Source: a virus. Taken from it: DNA of 44,822 nucleotides. A program made the position numbers and the translations under genes. Below are positions 1 through 8,979 of this stretch, piece by piece; position 1 is the first letter of the stretch; the number at the start of each line of letters is the position of its first letter. A model generated the notes under the pieces. It made no database searches, was not told the DNA's origin, and worked only from the letters and a program-made list of their open reading frames with translations. The DNA lies in IMG/VR virus record IMGVR_UViG_3300017963_000102; one strand, 5' to 3'.

Positions 1-94
1 GAACCTGACGGGGGTGGGCACCGACGACCATCACGCCAAGTCGCACGCGAGTACTCACGGGCCGGCGGGTCCTGACCAGCTGAAGCTGGACGAC
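1..94. repeat. terminal direct repeat, copy 1 (circular-assembly overlap or terminal redundancy)
   Basis: Compared base by base: 1..94 is identical to 44729..44822. The unique length is therefore 44,728 bp. Confidence 0.95.
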
Positions 95-703
95 CTCGAG
101 ACGCCGGACGACAACACCGACCTTGACGTCAGCACGTCCGCACACGGCCTGTGCCCGAAACTCCCGAACGACTCCAAGAAGGTCCTTGACGGGGCGGGGT
201 CCTGGGTGACGGCTACGCAGCCGCAGATGAAGCTGGTAAGCACCTTCATTCAGAGCCCGAGCTCGCTGTTCCTCAACGTGCATACCTGCGCGGGGGCGAA
301 CTTCAAGCACTTCTGCGGTCTGGGGATCGAGGCGAACCTGTCGGGAACGGTCACGGTCAGCTACATATGGGAGTTTCCGCAGGTCATCCCGCCGGGCAGC
401 TTCAAGATGCGGGTCTGGTTCATCACGGCGGCGGTCAACGGCGGAACCATCAAGGCGCGGCCGAAGTGGGTATCCTTCGGCAGCGGAGACCCCAGCAGCG
501 TCAGCCTCAACAGCGAGGAGCAGCTGACCACGGCGCAGTGGACGACGGGCGACGACGACGAGGTCCGGACGCTGATTTTCACGCTCGACCAGGACACGCC
601 GGTCGCCGGCGAGCTGTGCCTGATGAACCTCGAGATCACCAACGGCACGACGGCGCCCGATGAAGTGGTGACGATGATCGAACCGCGGCTCTATTGGGCG
701 TAA
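2..703 (+). CDS. tail-fibre-like protein, C-terminal part (5' part is 44544..44822; joined through the repeat)
   Basis: This reading frame is continuous with the ORF that starts at ATG 44544. It has a His-rich motif (GTDDHHAKSHASTHG) followed by LKLDDL...HGLCPKL...VLDGAGSWV, a pattern common in phage fibre N-termini. It lies in the fibre module and ends at TAA 701..703. Confidence 0.7.
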   Translation, partial: NLTGVGTDDHHAKSHASTHGPAGPDQLKLDDLETPDDNTDLDVSTSAHGLCPKLPNDSKKVLDGAGSWVTATQPQMKLVSTFIQSPSSLFLNVHTCAGANFKHFCGLGIEANLSGTVTVSYIWEFPQVIPPGSFKMRVWFITAAVNGGTIKARPKWVSFGSGDPSSVSLNSEEQLTTAQWTTGDDDEVRTLIFTLDQDTPVAGELCLMNLEITNGTTAPDEVVTMIEPRLYWA

Positions 704-707
704 GGCA

Positions 708-1409
708 TTGGCTCGAGGTTACACCAGGACGGCGGACTACCTGTCGCACGCGGGGATCCCGGTGCAGCAGGTGCCCATCACGATCTACGTGAACCTGAAG
801 GCGCCGAGTGCCACAGGAACCTGGGACTTCTTCGGCGAGGTCAAGAGCAGCAACGCGTACTTCATGCTACGAGCCAGCAAGCTCGCCGACACCAGCGTGA
901 CGTGGCGGTACATGGGCAAGGCGTCATTTCTTTCGAGCTTCGCGGCGATCTGGAACACGGCCAGCCTACCGCCGACGTGGAACACGATCGCCGGCGTGTC
1001 GGAGAGCACGACAAGCCACAAGTTGTACGCGGGCGGACTGCTGCGAAACACGCAAACGACCAGCTGCAACCCGAACGTCGATAGCGGCACGACGTACATC
1101 GGGCGGAGCTTCAGCGCGACGCTCGGGTACACGGGAACCATTGGCGTGGTGGCGATCTGGAGTGCGGCCCTGAACGCGGACGAGATCGCGGGCCTGTCGG
1201 GTCAGCTGGGAACGACGCCGACTCGCGCGGCGATGGTGCCCTGGCGGGTTCGGCCCGAGAGTCTCGTAGCCTGCTGGCCGTCCGTCTCACGCAACGCGAG
1301 CACGGAGTACAACCTGGCCGGCACCGGTTACGACATGACCGTCAACGGGTCGCCCACCATCGAGGACGGGGAAGGTCTCGGGTGGACGGACCACCCGATC
1401 GCAGCTTAG
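708..1409 (+). CDS. LamG/concanavalin-A-like lectin-fold protein (fibre-associated)
   Basis: 233-aa ORF with good G/C third-position bias. The C-terminal pattern GRSFSATLGYTGTIGVVAIWSAALNADEIAGLSG is typical of LamG-type jelly rolls. The TTG start has only a weak SD, so the start is uncertain. Confidence 0.55.
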   Translation: MARGYTRTADYLSHAGIPVQQVPITIYVNLKAPSATGTWDFFGEVKSSNAYFMLRASKLADTSVTWRYMGKASFLSSFAAIWNTASLPPTWNTIAGVSESTTSHKLYAGGLLRNTQTTSCNPNVDSGTTYIGRSFSATLGYTGTIGVVAIWSAALNADEIAGLSGQLGTTPTRAAMVPWRVRPESLVACWPSVSRNASTEYNLAGTGYDMTVNGSPTIEDGEGLGWTDHPIAA

Positions 1410-1876
1410 CGGCCGGCAGCCGACGCGCCAGCGGCGACGGCCTCGGTCGCGTCCTGCTCGGCCAGTACCTTCTGCATCGCAGCCGGGAGCAATTCGTCGA
1501 CCAGCTCCGGAAGCTTCTCCTGGTGAGCCGTGATCTGCTTCTGCCATTGTGGCGTGAGTTTCTTGACGACGGTGTCAAGGATCACCTGGGCCATGGCGTC
1601 GAGCTGCTTCGTGCCCTTGGTGAGCGCAGCCGCCAGGCTGGCCTCGCGTTTCTGGTGGTGCTCGTTGAGGGCCTGGCAGAACGTGTCGAGGTCATGGCCC
1701 TCGCGCATCTGGAGGTTCTTGGTGAAGGCCGTCTGCCCCCGCATCCAGGTGATGCTGACAATGCGGTGGCCTTTCGGGGTGACGCTCGGGTGCTCGGCGA
1801 CTTCGACAATGTCGTCTATGTCGACGTAGCACCGGTGTCCGTGCTCATTCAGAAGGGGGGTGGGGTAGAGTTTCAT
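1406..1876 (-). CDS. hypothetical protein (lone reverse-strand gene)
   Basis: 156-aa ORF with strong G/C third-position bias on the minus strand. It has an ATG start with GGAG 8 nt upstream. Its stop overlaps the convergent + strand stop (TTAG). Confidence 0.75.
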   Translation of the reverse strand: MKLYPTPLLNEHGHRCYVDIDDIVEVAEHPSVTPKGHRIVSITWMRGQTAFTKNLQMREGHDLDTFCQALNEHHQKREASLAAALTKGTKQLDAMAQVILDTVVKKLTPQWQKQITAHQEKLPELVDELLPAAMQKVLAEQDATEAVAAGASAAGR

Positions 1877-1994
1877 GCTCGAGCTCCAAAAGGGGATCGG
1901 GATTCATGGACGTCGCGATTGTAGTTGACAGCGGGCGCGGATGCTACTACATGGGGCCCTGGGGTCCGTCCAGCCCCACATGGAGACCCGGCTC

Positions 1995-2582
1995 ATGGAC
2001 CAGCTCAGACTCGCAACACTCGAGGCGAACGACCCGACCTTCGCGGACGACCTCAAGAAAAGCTACCCGCACGTCGACGCGATGGCGGGGTGGCTGCGTT
2101 CGCAGGGGTGGACTGTGAAAATCGGCCCCCGGAAGCAGCGGCCCAGCGTGAAGCAGATGGACGGGTTCCAGGATTGGGACCTTGAGATCAGCGGGCGCAT
2201 TGAGATCAAGCGGAAGGGGTGGGACTTCACGTGTGCGGCCGACTACGGGCTGTCGACAGGGAGGGCGATACCGTTCCCCACGGTGATCGTTTGCCCGCTC
2301 CACGAGTGGGAAAAGGCCGATCCCAAGCCGGTGGGGCACATCATTACGAGCCACGACCTCAAGGCGTTTGTGGAGGTGAAGACACGCACGGCGATGGCGT
2401 GGAACAAGGTGCAGAGATGGGACGAGGAGAAGGGGCGAGAGGGGACGTTCCTCGAGTGTCCTACGCTCCTGTGTCGTTTCGGGCCACTGCCGCCCGCGGT
2501 GGCCGAGGAATTCAAGCGGCTCACGGATGAGCAAGAAAAAAACGACCAAGAAGGGGAGCGCCAAGAAGGGGCGCACGAATAA
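1995..2582 (+). CDS. PD-(D/E)XK-like nuclease-fold protein (putative)
   Basis: The ORF is open from 1941. ATG 1995 has GGAG 10 nt upstream; alternative starts are 1941 and 1980. The motif DWDLEISGRIEIKRKG resembles a D...E-x-K nuclease core. The last ~56 nt overlap the next gene out of frame and use A-ending codons. Confidence 0.45.
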   Translation: MDQLRLATLEANDPTFADDLKKSYPHVDAMAGWLRSQGWTVKIGPRKQRPSVKQMDGFQDWDLEISGRIEIKRKGWDFTCAADYGLSTGRAIPFPTVIVCPLHEWEKADPKPVGHIITSHDLKAFVEVKTRTAMAWNKVQRWDEEKGREGTFLECPTLLCRFGPLPPAVAEEFKRLTDEQEKNDQEGERQEGAHE

Positions 2583-3111
2583 GAAGAGGGTCCGCACGCC
2601 CGTCGAGAAGGCGGAGGACCTGGACAAGCGGGTTCAGAACCGCCTGGCCCAGGTCGAAGCCGACGAGAGCGAGGCCCTGACGAACCTCCAGGCACTGTCT
2701 GACAGCTGGGGCGCCGACACCGAGACTCCCCTCCGAAAAGCCGCTAGAGCCGTTCTAACGGATTTCAGGGTATCAGAGCACTTCGATCGCTCATTCGCGG
2801 AGCTACGGGCCACCCTGGCGGCTGCACAGGCCGCTACGCTGCGTCTGCTCACCAGCAACATCCCCAAACACCAATCCCAGGGTCTGCGGGCCCTGAGCAA
2901 TCTCACGAACCAGATGCTTCGCCGGCGGGAGCAGGACGTCGAGATCGTGAAGGCGGCGTTGCAGGCGTCCGCGGTCGCGACCTACGAGCAGTTCCGGGCG
3001 ACGCTGGACCGGGCTCAGGGCCAGACCGGAAGCGTGGAGCAGCTCAACCGGGAGCTCGCTGCGGAGAGCGGCCCGCCGCCGACCAGCGCTCAGACTGGCG
3101 ACAAGGGGTAG
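2527..3111 (+). CDS. putative small terminase subunit
   Basis: 194-aa ORF immediately upstream of TerL. It has a Lys-rich N-terminus (MSKKKTTKKGSAKKGRTNKKR) and a helical remainder. The call rests on position only. Confidence 0.4.
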   Translation: MSKKKTTKKGSAKKGRTNKKRVRTPVEKAEDLDKRVQNRLAQVEADESEALTNLQALSDSWGADTETPLRKAARAVLTDFRVSEHFDRSFAELRATLAAAQAATLRLLTSNIPKHQSQGLRALSNLTNQMLRRREQDVEIVKAALQASAVATYEQFRATLDRAQGQTGSVEQLNRELAAESGPPPTSAQTGDKG

Positions 3112-3117
3112 TGTCGA

Positions 3118-4881
3118 GTGCCCAAGCTGAGCCGAGCCGATCGGGAGTATCTGCACCGACGGGCCCGAGTATTCACAGACGACGAGCGTCAAGAATACAA
3201 GGCGTGCAGCCCGTACATGGGGGTGGCGGGGTTTCGGCGGTTCTGTGAGCGGCACTGCAAGATCCAGGACAAGGACACGCTCGAGATCCTGCCGTTCGTC
3301 TGGTTCGTGGGCCAGGAGATCATCGCCGGCGACCTGGTCGCGTACACGTGGCTCTGGCTGCTGAAGGGCCGGCAGCTGGGGATCACCTGGCTGATCGCGG
3401 CGTACGTGCTCTGGCGGATCACATATCACAACCTGATGACGGTCTCGGTGTTGTTTCAGGAGCGGAAGTACGCGGAGGCGTTCATTTACCGGATCCGGTT
3501 CATGCGCAACCGGTTGCCACGCGTCTTCCGGAAGGAGATCACAACCGACAACAAGCAGCAGCTCGAGTTCAAGGCTGACGAGAACGAGGGGGAGATCCTG
3601 GCCCTGGTCGGGTCGGCCAAGGCGGGCCGGTCGTTGACGGGCGACATCGTCATCATCGACGAGGCGGATTATGTCGAGGGGCTTGACGAGACCATGCAGG
3701 CTTTGATCCCGATGCTGTCGGGGAAGGAGGCCCGCCGCGGGCAGCTGATCGGGCTGTCGACGGCGTCGGGCCCGGGGGGGCGGTTTCACGACACATGGGT
3801 CGAAACCTACGGGGAGTTCGGTGAGAAGCTGGAGAAGATAGACGAAGTAAGGGACAGTGAGAACAACTTGCTCGCCCAGAGCGGGACGGGGCCCAGCGGG
3901 TTCAAGGCTGTGTTTTTGTCGTGGCGTTGTCGGGCGGGACGCGACGACGCCTGGTACGCGGAGCAGGACAAGCTGCTAACGAAAGCGGGCGGGCCCAAGG
4001 CCACGAAGCGAGAGCACCCGAACACGCCGGAGGAGGCGTTCGAGTACGCGGCGGGGAGGATCTACGGGGCGTTCCACCGGTTCCAGCACGTCGGAGACAT
4101 CGACATCCCGACGACGGCCGAGCGATACCGGGCGATCGACTGGGGCCAGACGGAGAGCCCGTTCGTGTGCTTGTGGATCGCGCACGTGCCTGGGGATCCC
4201 GCCCTCCTGGTCTCGCCGAAGTGTCCGAACACGGTCCGCGAGATGCTCGCCTACCGGTACGACCCGGACAAGCCGGACGAGATCCTCAAGACGGACGACC
4301 ACTGCCCGGACGCTCTGCGCTATGCGGTTGTCACTTACGATCTGAAAGGCCTGGTGTACGTCTACCGCGAGGAGTACATCGAGGATCCGGTCGGCAGGGA
4401 CGAGACCGTTGCCAGCCTGGGCGTGAAGATGCACGAGAAATCAGGCTGGGAGCAGGATCCGGACGCTCGGGACGCGTGGGTACCCGGTCGCTTCGCCGAG
4501 CTCTATGATGGAACAGTGGCCGATCGCAGCTGGGGCCTGGTCATTCAGAGCCTCAACAAGATGAACCTGTCGATCCAGGGCCACAAAGCGATCAAGCGAC
4601 CCAGCGGGAAGCCCGATAAGAGTGCCAGGAAGCACCTCGAGGCGTTCGACGCGGCGAAGGGGGAGGTGAAGGACGGAATTGAGCTTGTGCGGCTGTTGGT
4701 AGCTGGTACCATACGGCTCGACGAGCGAATCGAAGTCGATCGCGGCAAGGTCGCTCTGGCGATACTTCGGGAGGACGCAGCGGGTCCGCGTGTGGCAGCA
4801 AGCCTGGAGCGTCGCAGCATGTATCTGCTCGCCCAGCGCGTGCTCAAAGCCTCACGAAAGAAAACACGCAAGAAGGGATAA
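3118..4881 (+). CDS. terL: terminase large subunit
   Basis: 587 aa with a GTG start. It has a TerL-type Walker A variant (LLKGRQLGITW), Walker B (IVIIDEAD) and C-terminal nuclease-type acidic motifs (AIDWGQTESPFVCLW, DDHCPDALRYAV). Confidence 0.9.
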   Translation: MPKLSRADREYLHRRARVFTDDERQEYKACSPYMGVAGFRRFCERHCKIQDKDTLEILPFVWFVGQEIIAGDLVAYTWLWLLKGRQLGITWLIAAYVLWRITYHNLMTVSVLFQERKYAEAFIYRIRFMRNRLPRVFRKEITTDNKQQLEFKADENEGEILALVGSAKAGRSLTGDIVIIDEADYVEGLDETMQALIPMLSGKEARRGQLIGLSTASGPGGRFHDTWVETYGEFGEKLEKIDEVRDSENNLLAQSGTGPSGFKAVFLSWRCRAGRDDAWYAEQDKLLTKAGGPKATKREHPNTPEEAFEYAAGRIYGAFHRFQHVGDIDIPTTAERYRAIDWGQTESPFVCLWIAHVPGDPALLVSPKCPNTVREMLAYRYDPDKPDEILKTDDHCPDALRYAVVTYDLKGLVYVYREEYIEDPVGRDETVASLGVKMHEKSGWEQDPDARDAWVPGRFAELYDGTVADRSWGLVIQSLNKMNLSIQGHKAIKRPSGKPDKSARKHLEAFDAAKGEVKDGIELVRLLVAGTIRLDERIEVDRGKVALAILREDAAGPRVAASLERRSMYLLAQRVLKASRKKTRKKG

Positions 4882-4901
4882 CCTCGGCGGTCCGGGTGCA
4901 G

Positions 4902-4934
4902 ACGGCGCGTCGGTGATGAGCCGCGCCGTTTTTT
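4902..4934 (+). terminator. rho-independent terminator after terL
   Basis: An 8-bp GC stem (ACGGCGCG at 4902..4909 pairs with CGCGCCGT at 4922..4929) has a 12-nt loop and runs into a T-run at 4929..4934. Confidence 0.7.
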
Positions 4935-4956
4935 CGTGCGCGGAAGGAGCTCTGTC

Positions 4957-5346
4957 ATGGACTCATTCGCGTATGCCGTCGCCCAGGATTGGAAGGTCCT
5001 CTGGAACGCCAACGCCTACGGGACGCTCGAGTACTCGAGCGGCATTCGTCTGATCGGCTCCCCCGCCCGCAACCGCAACGCCTACGCGGCGGAATGCAAG
5101 TACTCCATCACCAGCAGCGACACCGACGACACCCAGTTCTATGTCTACAGCTGCCCGGACGGCGACACGGACGACCGGAGCTCGGACGCGCTGGACACGT
5201 TCGTCGTGGCCACCAGCGGGGGTGACAAGAAGAACACGTTCATGGTGTTCGCGGAGCTCGCGGGGAGCGGTTTCTGTCTCGGGATCATGTCGATCGGGTC
5301 GACGACTGACATGGTCATCACGCTGAGCTACCGGCTGCTGCGGTAG
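4957..5346 (+). CDS. hypothetical protein
   Basis: ATG 4957 is preceded by GGAAGGAG 7 nt upstream. The 129-aa product has good third-position G/C bias. Confidence 0.7.
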   Translation: MDSFAYAVAQDWKVLWNANAYGTLEYSSGIRLIGSPARNRNAYAAECKYSITSSDTDDTQFYVYSCPDGDTDDRSSDALDTFVVATSGGDKKNTFMVFAELAGSGFCLGIMSIGSTTDMVITLSYRLLR

Positions 5347-5355
5347 GAGCTGCGT

Positions 5356-6039
5356 ATGCGACCCAGGCTAATCACGCGCCGCACGCCGGCGATGCACATC
5401 CCCAGGATCCTGCGCCCGTGGCTGTCCGCTTACGTCGTGTTCGACTGGCGGAGCGGCGACACGAATCGCGTGTGGCATTGGGCCCCCGACACCGGCGCCA
5501 CCATGAAGACCATCACGCAGGTGGATCCCTGGTCAGCGAACGAGGGCGGGCGATACGTCGAGCTGAGTGACGCTGACTGTAACATCGCAACCGAGGCCGT
5601 CGCGGAGAGCCACAGCTTCGGGACCATCGCGTGTCTGTTCAAGCCGTTGACGTTCGCCGGCAACAACTTCGTGTTCGGCGAGAGCAGCGTGGCGTATACC
5701 GTCCTGGGGTACACGATCAACGATGTGACGGTTCAGTTCGTGCGAAACCTGAAGGTTGTGGGTAACAAGTCGGTCAATGCGAGCGTCACGGCCGGCGAGT
5801 GGCACCTGTACATTGCGGATTGGGGTGACGCCGGCACTCGGCTGTTCCTGGACGGGCGCCACGTGGACACCGACTCGACGGTGGGGGACAACGACGCCAA
5901 TACTCTGACGGTTCGTCTCGGCAACGCGGCGGGCTCGTTCGGCGACAACCAGGTCGCGTTTTTCGCGATGTGGGACCAGCAGATCGGGGAGAGGGTGAAC
6001 CATGTGTTGAGGCAGACGAGGATGAGGGCAGCGGCTTAG
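5356..6039 (+). CDS. LamG/concanavalin-A-like lectin-fold protein
   Basis: ATG start with TAGGAG upstream. The sequence ...GEWHLYIADWGDAGTRLFLDGRHVD...VAFFAMWDQQI is typical of LamG-type domains. Confidence 0.55.
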   Translation: MRPRLITRRTPAMHIPRILRPWLSAYVVFDWRSGDTNRVWHWAPDTGATMKTITQVDPWSANEGGRYVELSDADCNIATEAVAESHSFGTIACLFKPLTFAGNNFVFGESSVAYTVLGYTINDVTVQFVRNLKVVGNKSVNASVTAGEWHLYIADWGDAGTRLFLDGRHVDTDSTVGDNDANTLTVRLGNAAGSFGDNQVAFFAMWDQQIGERVNHVLRQTRMRAAA

Positions 6040-6054
6040 TGAAGGAGAGCAACC

Positions 6055-6411
6055 GTGTCAAAATCGGAGACGAGCGGCCCCCGAGCTTTCAGCGGCTGGG
6101 CCGGCGGTGACTGGGCGAAAATCGTGGTAGTCCTGCTGATGGGGGGCGCGATCGGTTCCGGAGGCACGATCGTAGGCAATAAGAGCAACGGCGGCGGGCT
6201 CACGCGCGACGACGTGAAGGGCCAGGTCAAGGAGTCCTGCTTGTACAAGGAGGACCGCGCGGTGATCCGCGGCGACCTGGCCAGGAACGAGCTCGCCTTG
6301 AAGGAGTTGAGCAACCGGGTAAGCGACCTGACGAGGAGTTGGGACGAGACCCGCGGCCGGCTCGAGTTGGTGATCGAGAATCAGCTGGGGCCAGGTGGAG
6401 GCAACCCATGA
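6055..6411 (+). CDS. membrane protein with N-terminal TM helix and coiled-coil ectodomain (i-spanin-like topology)
   Basis: GTG start with GAAGGAGAG upstream. The hydrophobic segment WAKIVVVLLMGGAIGSGGTIVG is followed by heptad-like DLARNELALKELSNRVSDLTRSW. Confidence 0.6.
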   Translation: MSKSETSGPRAFSGWAGGDWAKIVVVLLMGGAIGSGGTIVGNKSNGGGLTRDDVKGQVKESCLYKEDRAVIRGDLARNELALKELSNRVSDLTRSWDETRGRLELVIENQLGPGGGNP

Positions 6412-6557
6412 GGATCCTGAAGGTTTGTGTTGCCATTGTGGCGGTAGCCCTGTTCACCGGGGCGACCTGCACGTGGCAGATGCCGCCAGACTGGAATTGT
6501 GTACCAGTCGAGGGCGGCGGCTTTGAGTGCATCTGGGAGATTGACGAGCTTCCGTAG
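6408..6557 (+). CDS. small exported or membrane Cys-containing peptide (49 aa)
   Basis: ATGA start/stop overlap with the previous gene and GGTGGAG SD. The N-terminal hydrophobic segment is MRILKVCVAIVAVALFTGATC. The residue before the Cys is Thr, so this is not a canonical lipobox. Confidence 0.55.
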   Translation: MRILKVCVAIVAVALFTGATCTWQMPPDWNCVPVEGGGFECIWEIDELP

Positions 6558-6632
6558 CTAACGCGCGGCGGACGCTGGGCGGCGGATCTCGGACCCCCGC
6601 CGTCAAGGCTGCACCCTTCAAGCGTCTGTGCA

Positions 6633-6670
6633 GAGGCGCTGGGGACTGGTTCCTCAGCGCCTCGTTTTTT
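6633..6670 (+). terminator. rho-independent terminator upstream of portal gene
   Basis: A 9-bp stem (GAGGCGCTG at 6633..6641 pairs with CAGCGCCTC at 6655..6663) is followed by GTTTTTT. Confidence 0.75.
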
Positions 6671-6681
6671 GGGGGTAGGTC

Positions 6682-8958
6682 ATGCTGCACCAAGAGTCCG
6701 GTATCGACGAACGGGTGGTGCGTGGGCGAAGCGAAGCGCCGATTCCCCCGGTTTATGAGCTGGACTGGACCGACCCGGCGAACATGGACGACGCCGAGCT
6801 CCTCGCGTTCGGCAACGGCCAGTACCGCGCCGGCAAGATGCGCCGGTACCACTGGGAAGCGAGAGCGGCGGAGCGCCTGGCCTGGGCTCGAGGTCATCAG
6901 GATCTGGTCTGGGACGACCACACCAAGGACCTGGTCGAGGAGCACGACAATACGCCGATGGACCAGCGTGATCAGATTTGGATCAACCGCATGCGCGGGG
7001 CGATCCTGACCATGATTTCGCTGACGGTCGCGCAGCCGATGACCTGGCACGTGAACGCGGTGACGACCGACGACGCCGACATCTTCGGGGCTGACGTCGG
7101 CGAGGATCTGCTGCGTTACTACTGGACGGTGGGCGACACACTCACCAGACTGATCGACGCGGCGTGGATGCTGTTCGCGGCGAACGTCGTCTTCATCAAA
7201 CCGGTGTGGGATCCGTTCCGGGGGTTCGCCAAGCAGTACGGTCCCAATCAGATCCTCGGTCCTGACAGCGGAGCGACGGACGAGGCTGACAAGCAACGCG
7301 GGGTAGTCAACCGGGTCCGCAAGTGGGTGAGCAGGCGCCGGCCGGCTGCGGAGAAGTCTGTCGACGCCAGTGGCAACCTCACGCTCCCAGGCGGAGACAT
7401 CTACTTCGATTTCGCCTGGCCGTTCGACGTGACCGAGCCCCAGCATTGTGCCAGCGAACGGCAGGCGGCGTGGCTGATGGACTCGAGGTTCCGGCCGGTC
7501 GAGTACGTCCGGAACAAGTGGCCCGACACGGCCTCCGACGTCATGCCGACGAACCGCGACCAGGAGTTTTACAACCGGTTCCGGGAGCAGTTCGGCGATC
7601 TGTCACGGATCGGCGCCGAGACGCATTCGACGCTGACGCCACCCGACGAGGTTCTCGTCCACGAAATCTGGAGGCCTCGGCTGCCCCAGTGTCCGGAGGG
7701 GGCGAAGATCGTCCACACCGAGGATCGAGTACTCGAGAAGGGACCGCACCCGTACCTGCACGGGGAGATCCCGCTGATCGGCGTGAGGGCAAGCCCCGAG
7801 CCGGAGTACTTCAGGCCCTCGGGTGTTGGCGAGGACATGATGCAGGCGCAGCGGGCGATGAATCGCTCGCGGTCGGCCCAGCAGGGGGTATTGCACTTCG
7901 CGGTGGATCCGCGGTTCCTGTACGAGAAAGACTCCGGCTTCCCGGAAGACGGACTGACGCCAGGGCCCAAGGCCATCGGGATGAAGCCGGACAAGCTTCA
8001 CTCTGTGAAGTACCTCGAGACTCCGCCTCTGCCCGCGGGCGTGAACCACTTCGATGCGCTGTTGGCCCGCGACTTCGACGACGTCGCCGGTGTGCATCGC
8101 AGCACGACCGGACGCAGCGAGAGTGCCCAGCAGAGCGGAAAGCACGCGCAGCTGATGTTCCAGGCGGACGTGAGGCAGCAAGCGCCGTCGAGGATCCTCA
8201 TGGAGCAGGCGTTCGCCAAGGCGGGCCTCCAGGCCTTGTGGCTCGCGTGGGAGTTCGTGAGCGAGGAGCGTGCGACGCCGATCGTGGGCCCGGACGGCCG
8301 GCTCAAGATCCTCAAATGGAAGGGGCGGGACCTGAGCTCCCAGGAGCCATTCGGACCGTTCGCCTGGAACGTGCGTTGCGAGCTGCAACCGATCGAGAAC
8401 CTGGGGGAGACGCTCGCGAAGCTGCGCTACATGCAAGAAGGCGGGTGGCTGACGCCGGAGAATCCCCACCATCGGGCGTTCGTCATGCGCATGCTCACGG
8501 GCCAGATGCCCACGGGCACGGAGATCGGCGAGGAGCACCGGACGAACGCCAGGGCGGAGCACGAAACGATTGTCGAGGGGAAACCCGTCCCGGTACCGCT
8601 GGGCGACGACGACCAGGTCCACCTCGAGGAGCACTATCAGTTCACGACCAAGGTTCGGTACCGCGACGCGGTCGAGCGAGATCCCGACGTCGAGGTAGCG
8701 ATGCAGTGGCACATAGCGGAGCACCAGTTCAACGAGGCGGACAAGGCGAACCGCGCCAAGGCGATCGCCTCGCGTGTCCAGGCGGAGCTGGTGAAGGAGT
8801 ACGGCTTGCGGGTGCAGCCCAGAGCGCCGGCAGCCGCGGGACCTGGCGGTGCGCCGGGTGCCCCGCGGGCTCTACCGGTGGGCGGTGCCCCGCGGCCTCC
8901 AGGTGGCAATGGGACGTCGAACCCGGTCGCGCGTCCCGCGTTGCCAAGGATGACGTAA
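6682..8958 (+). CDS. portal protein (putative)
   Basis: 758-aa ORF between the terminase block and the scaffold and capsid genes. Size and synteny are typical of a portal, and it has a Pro/Gly/Ala-rich C-terminal tail. No motif-level proof. Confidence 0.7.
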   Translation: MLHQESGIDERVVRGRSEAPIPPVYELDWTDPANMDDAELLAFGNGQYRAGKMRRYHWEARAAERLAWARGHQDLVWDDHTKDLVEEHDNTPMDQRDQIWINRMRGAILTMISLTVAQPMTWHVNAVTTDDADIFGADVGEDLLRYYWTVGDTLTRLIDAAWMLFAANVVFIKPVWDPFRGFAKQYGPNQILGPDSGATDEADKQRGVVNRVRKWVSRRRPAAEKSVDASGNLTLPGGDIYFDFAWPFDVTEPQHCASERQAAWLMDSRFRPVEYVRNKWPDTASDVMPTNRDQEFYNRFREQFGDLSRIGAETHSTLTPPDEVLVHEIWRPRLPQCPEGAKIVHTEDRVLEKGPHPYLHGEIPLIGVRASPEPEYFRPSGVGEDMMQAQRAMNRSRSAQQGVLHFAVDPRFLYEKDSGFPEDGLTPGPKAIGMKPDKLHSVKYLETPPLPAGVNHFDALLARDFDDVAGVHRSTTGRSESAQQSGKHAQLMFQADVRQQAPSRILMEQAFAKAGLQALWLAWEFVSEERATPIVGPDGRLKILKWKGRDLSSQEPFGPFAWNVRCELQPIENLGETLAKLRYMQEGGWLTPENPHHRAFVMRMLTGQMPTGTEIGEEHRTNARAEHETIVEGKPVPVPLGDDDQVHLEEHYQFTTKVRYRDAVERDPDVEVAMQWHIAEHQFNEADKANRAKAIASRVQAELVKEYGLRVQPRAPAAAGPGGAPGAPRALPVGGAPRPPGGNGTSNPVARPALPRMT

Positions 8959-8979
8959 GCGGCCGAACGGAGCAGAGTC

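Noticed and set aside
1924-1952. Perfect TTGACA at 1924..1929 as a rightward promoter for the nuclease gene.
   Set aside because: No acceptable -10 element lies at 16-18 nt. The best candidate is TACATG, which lacks the conserved final T. I left it uncalled.
6408-6557. Calling the 49-aa peptide an o-spanin lipoprotein.
   Set aside because: The residue before the candidate Cys is Thr (GAT-C), or Val for the earlier Cys. The lipobox requirement for A/G/S at -1 is therefore not met. I annotated it only as an exported or membrane peptide.
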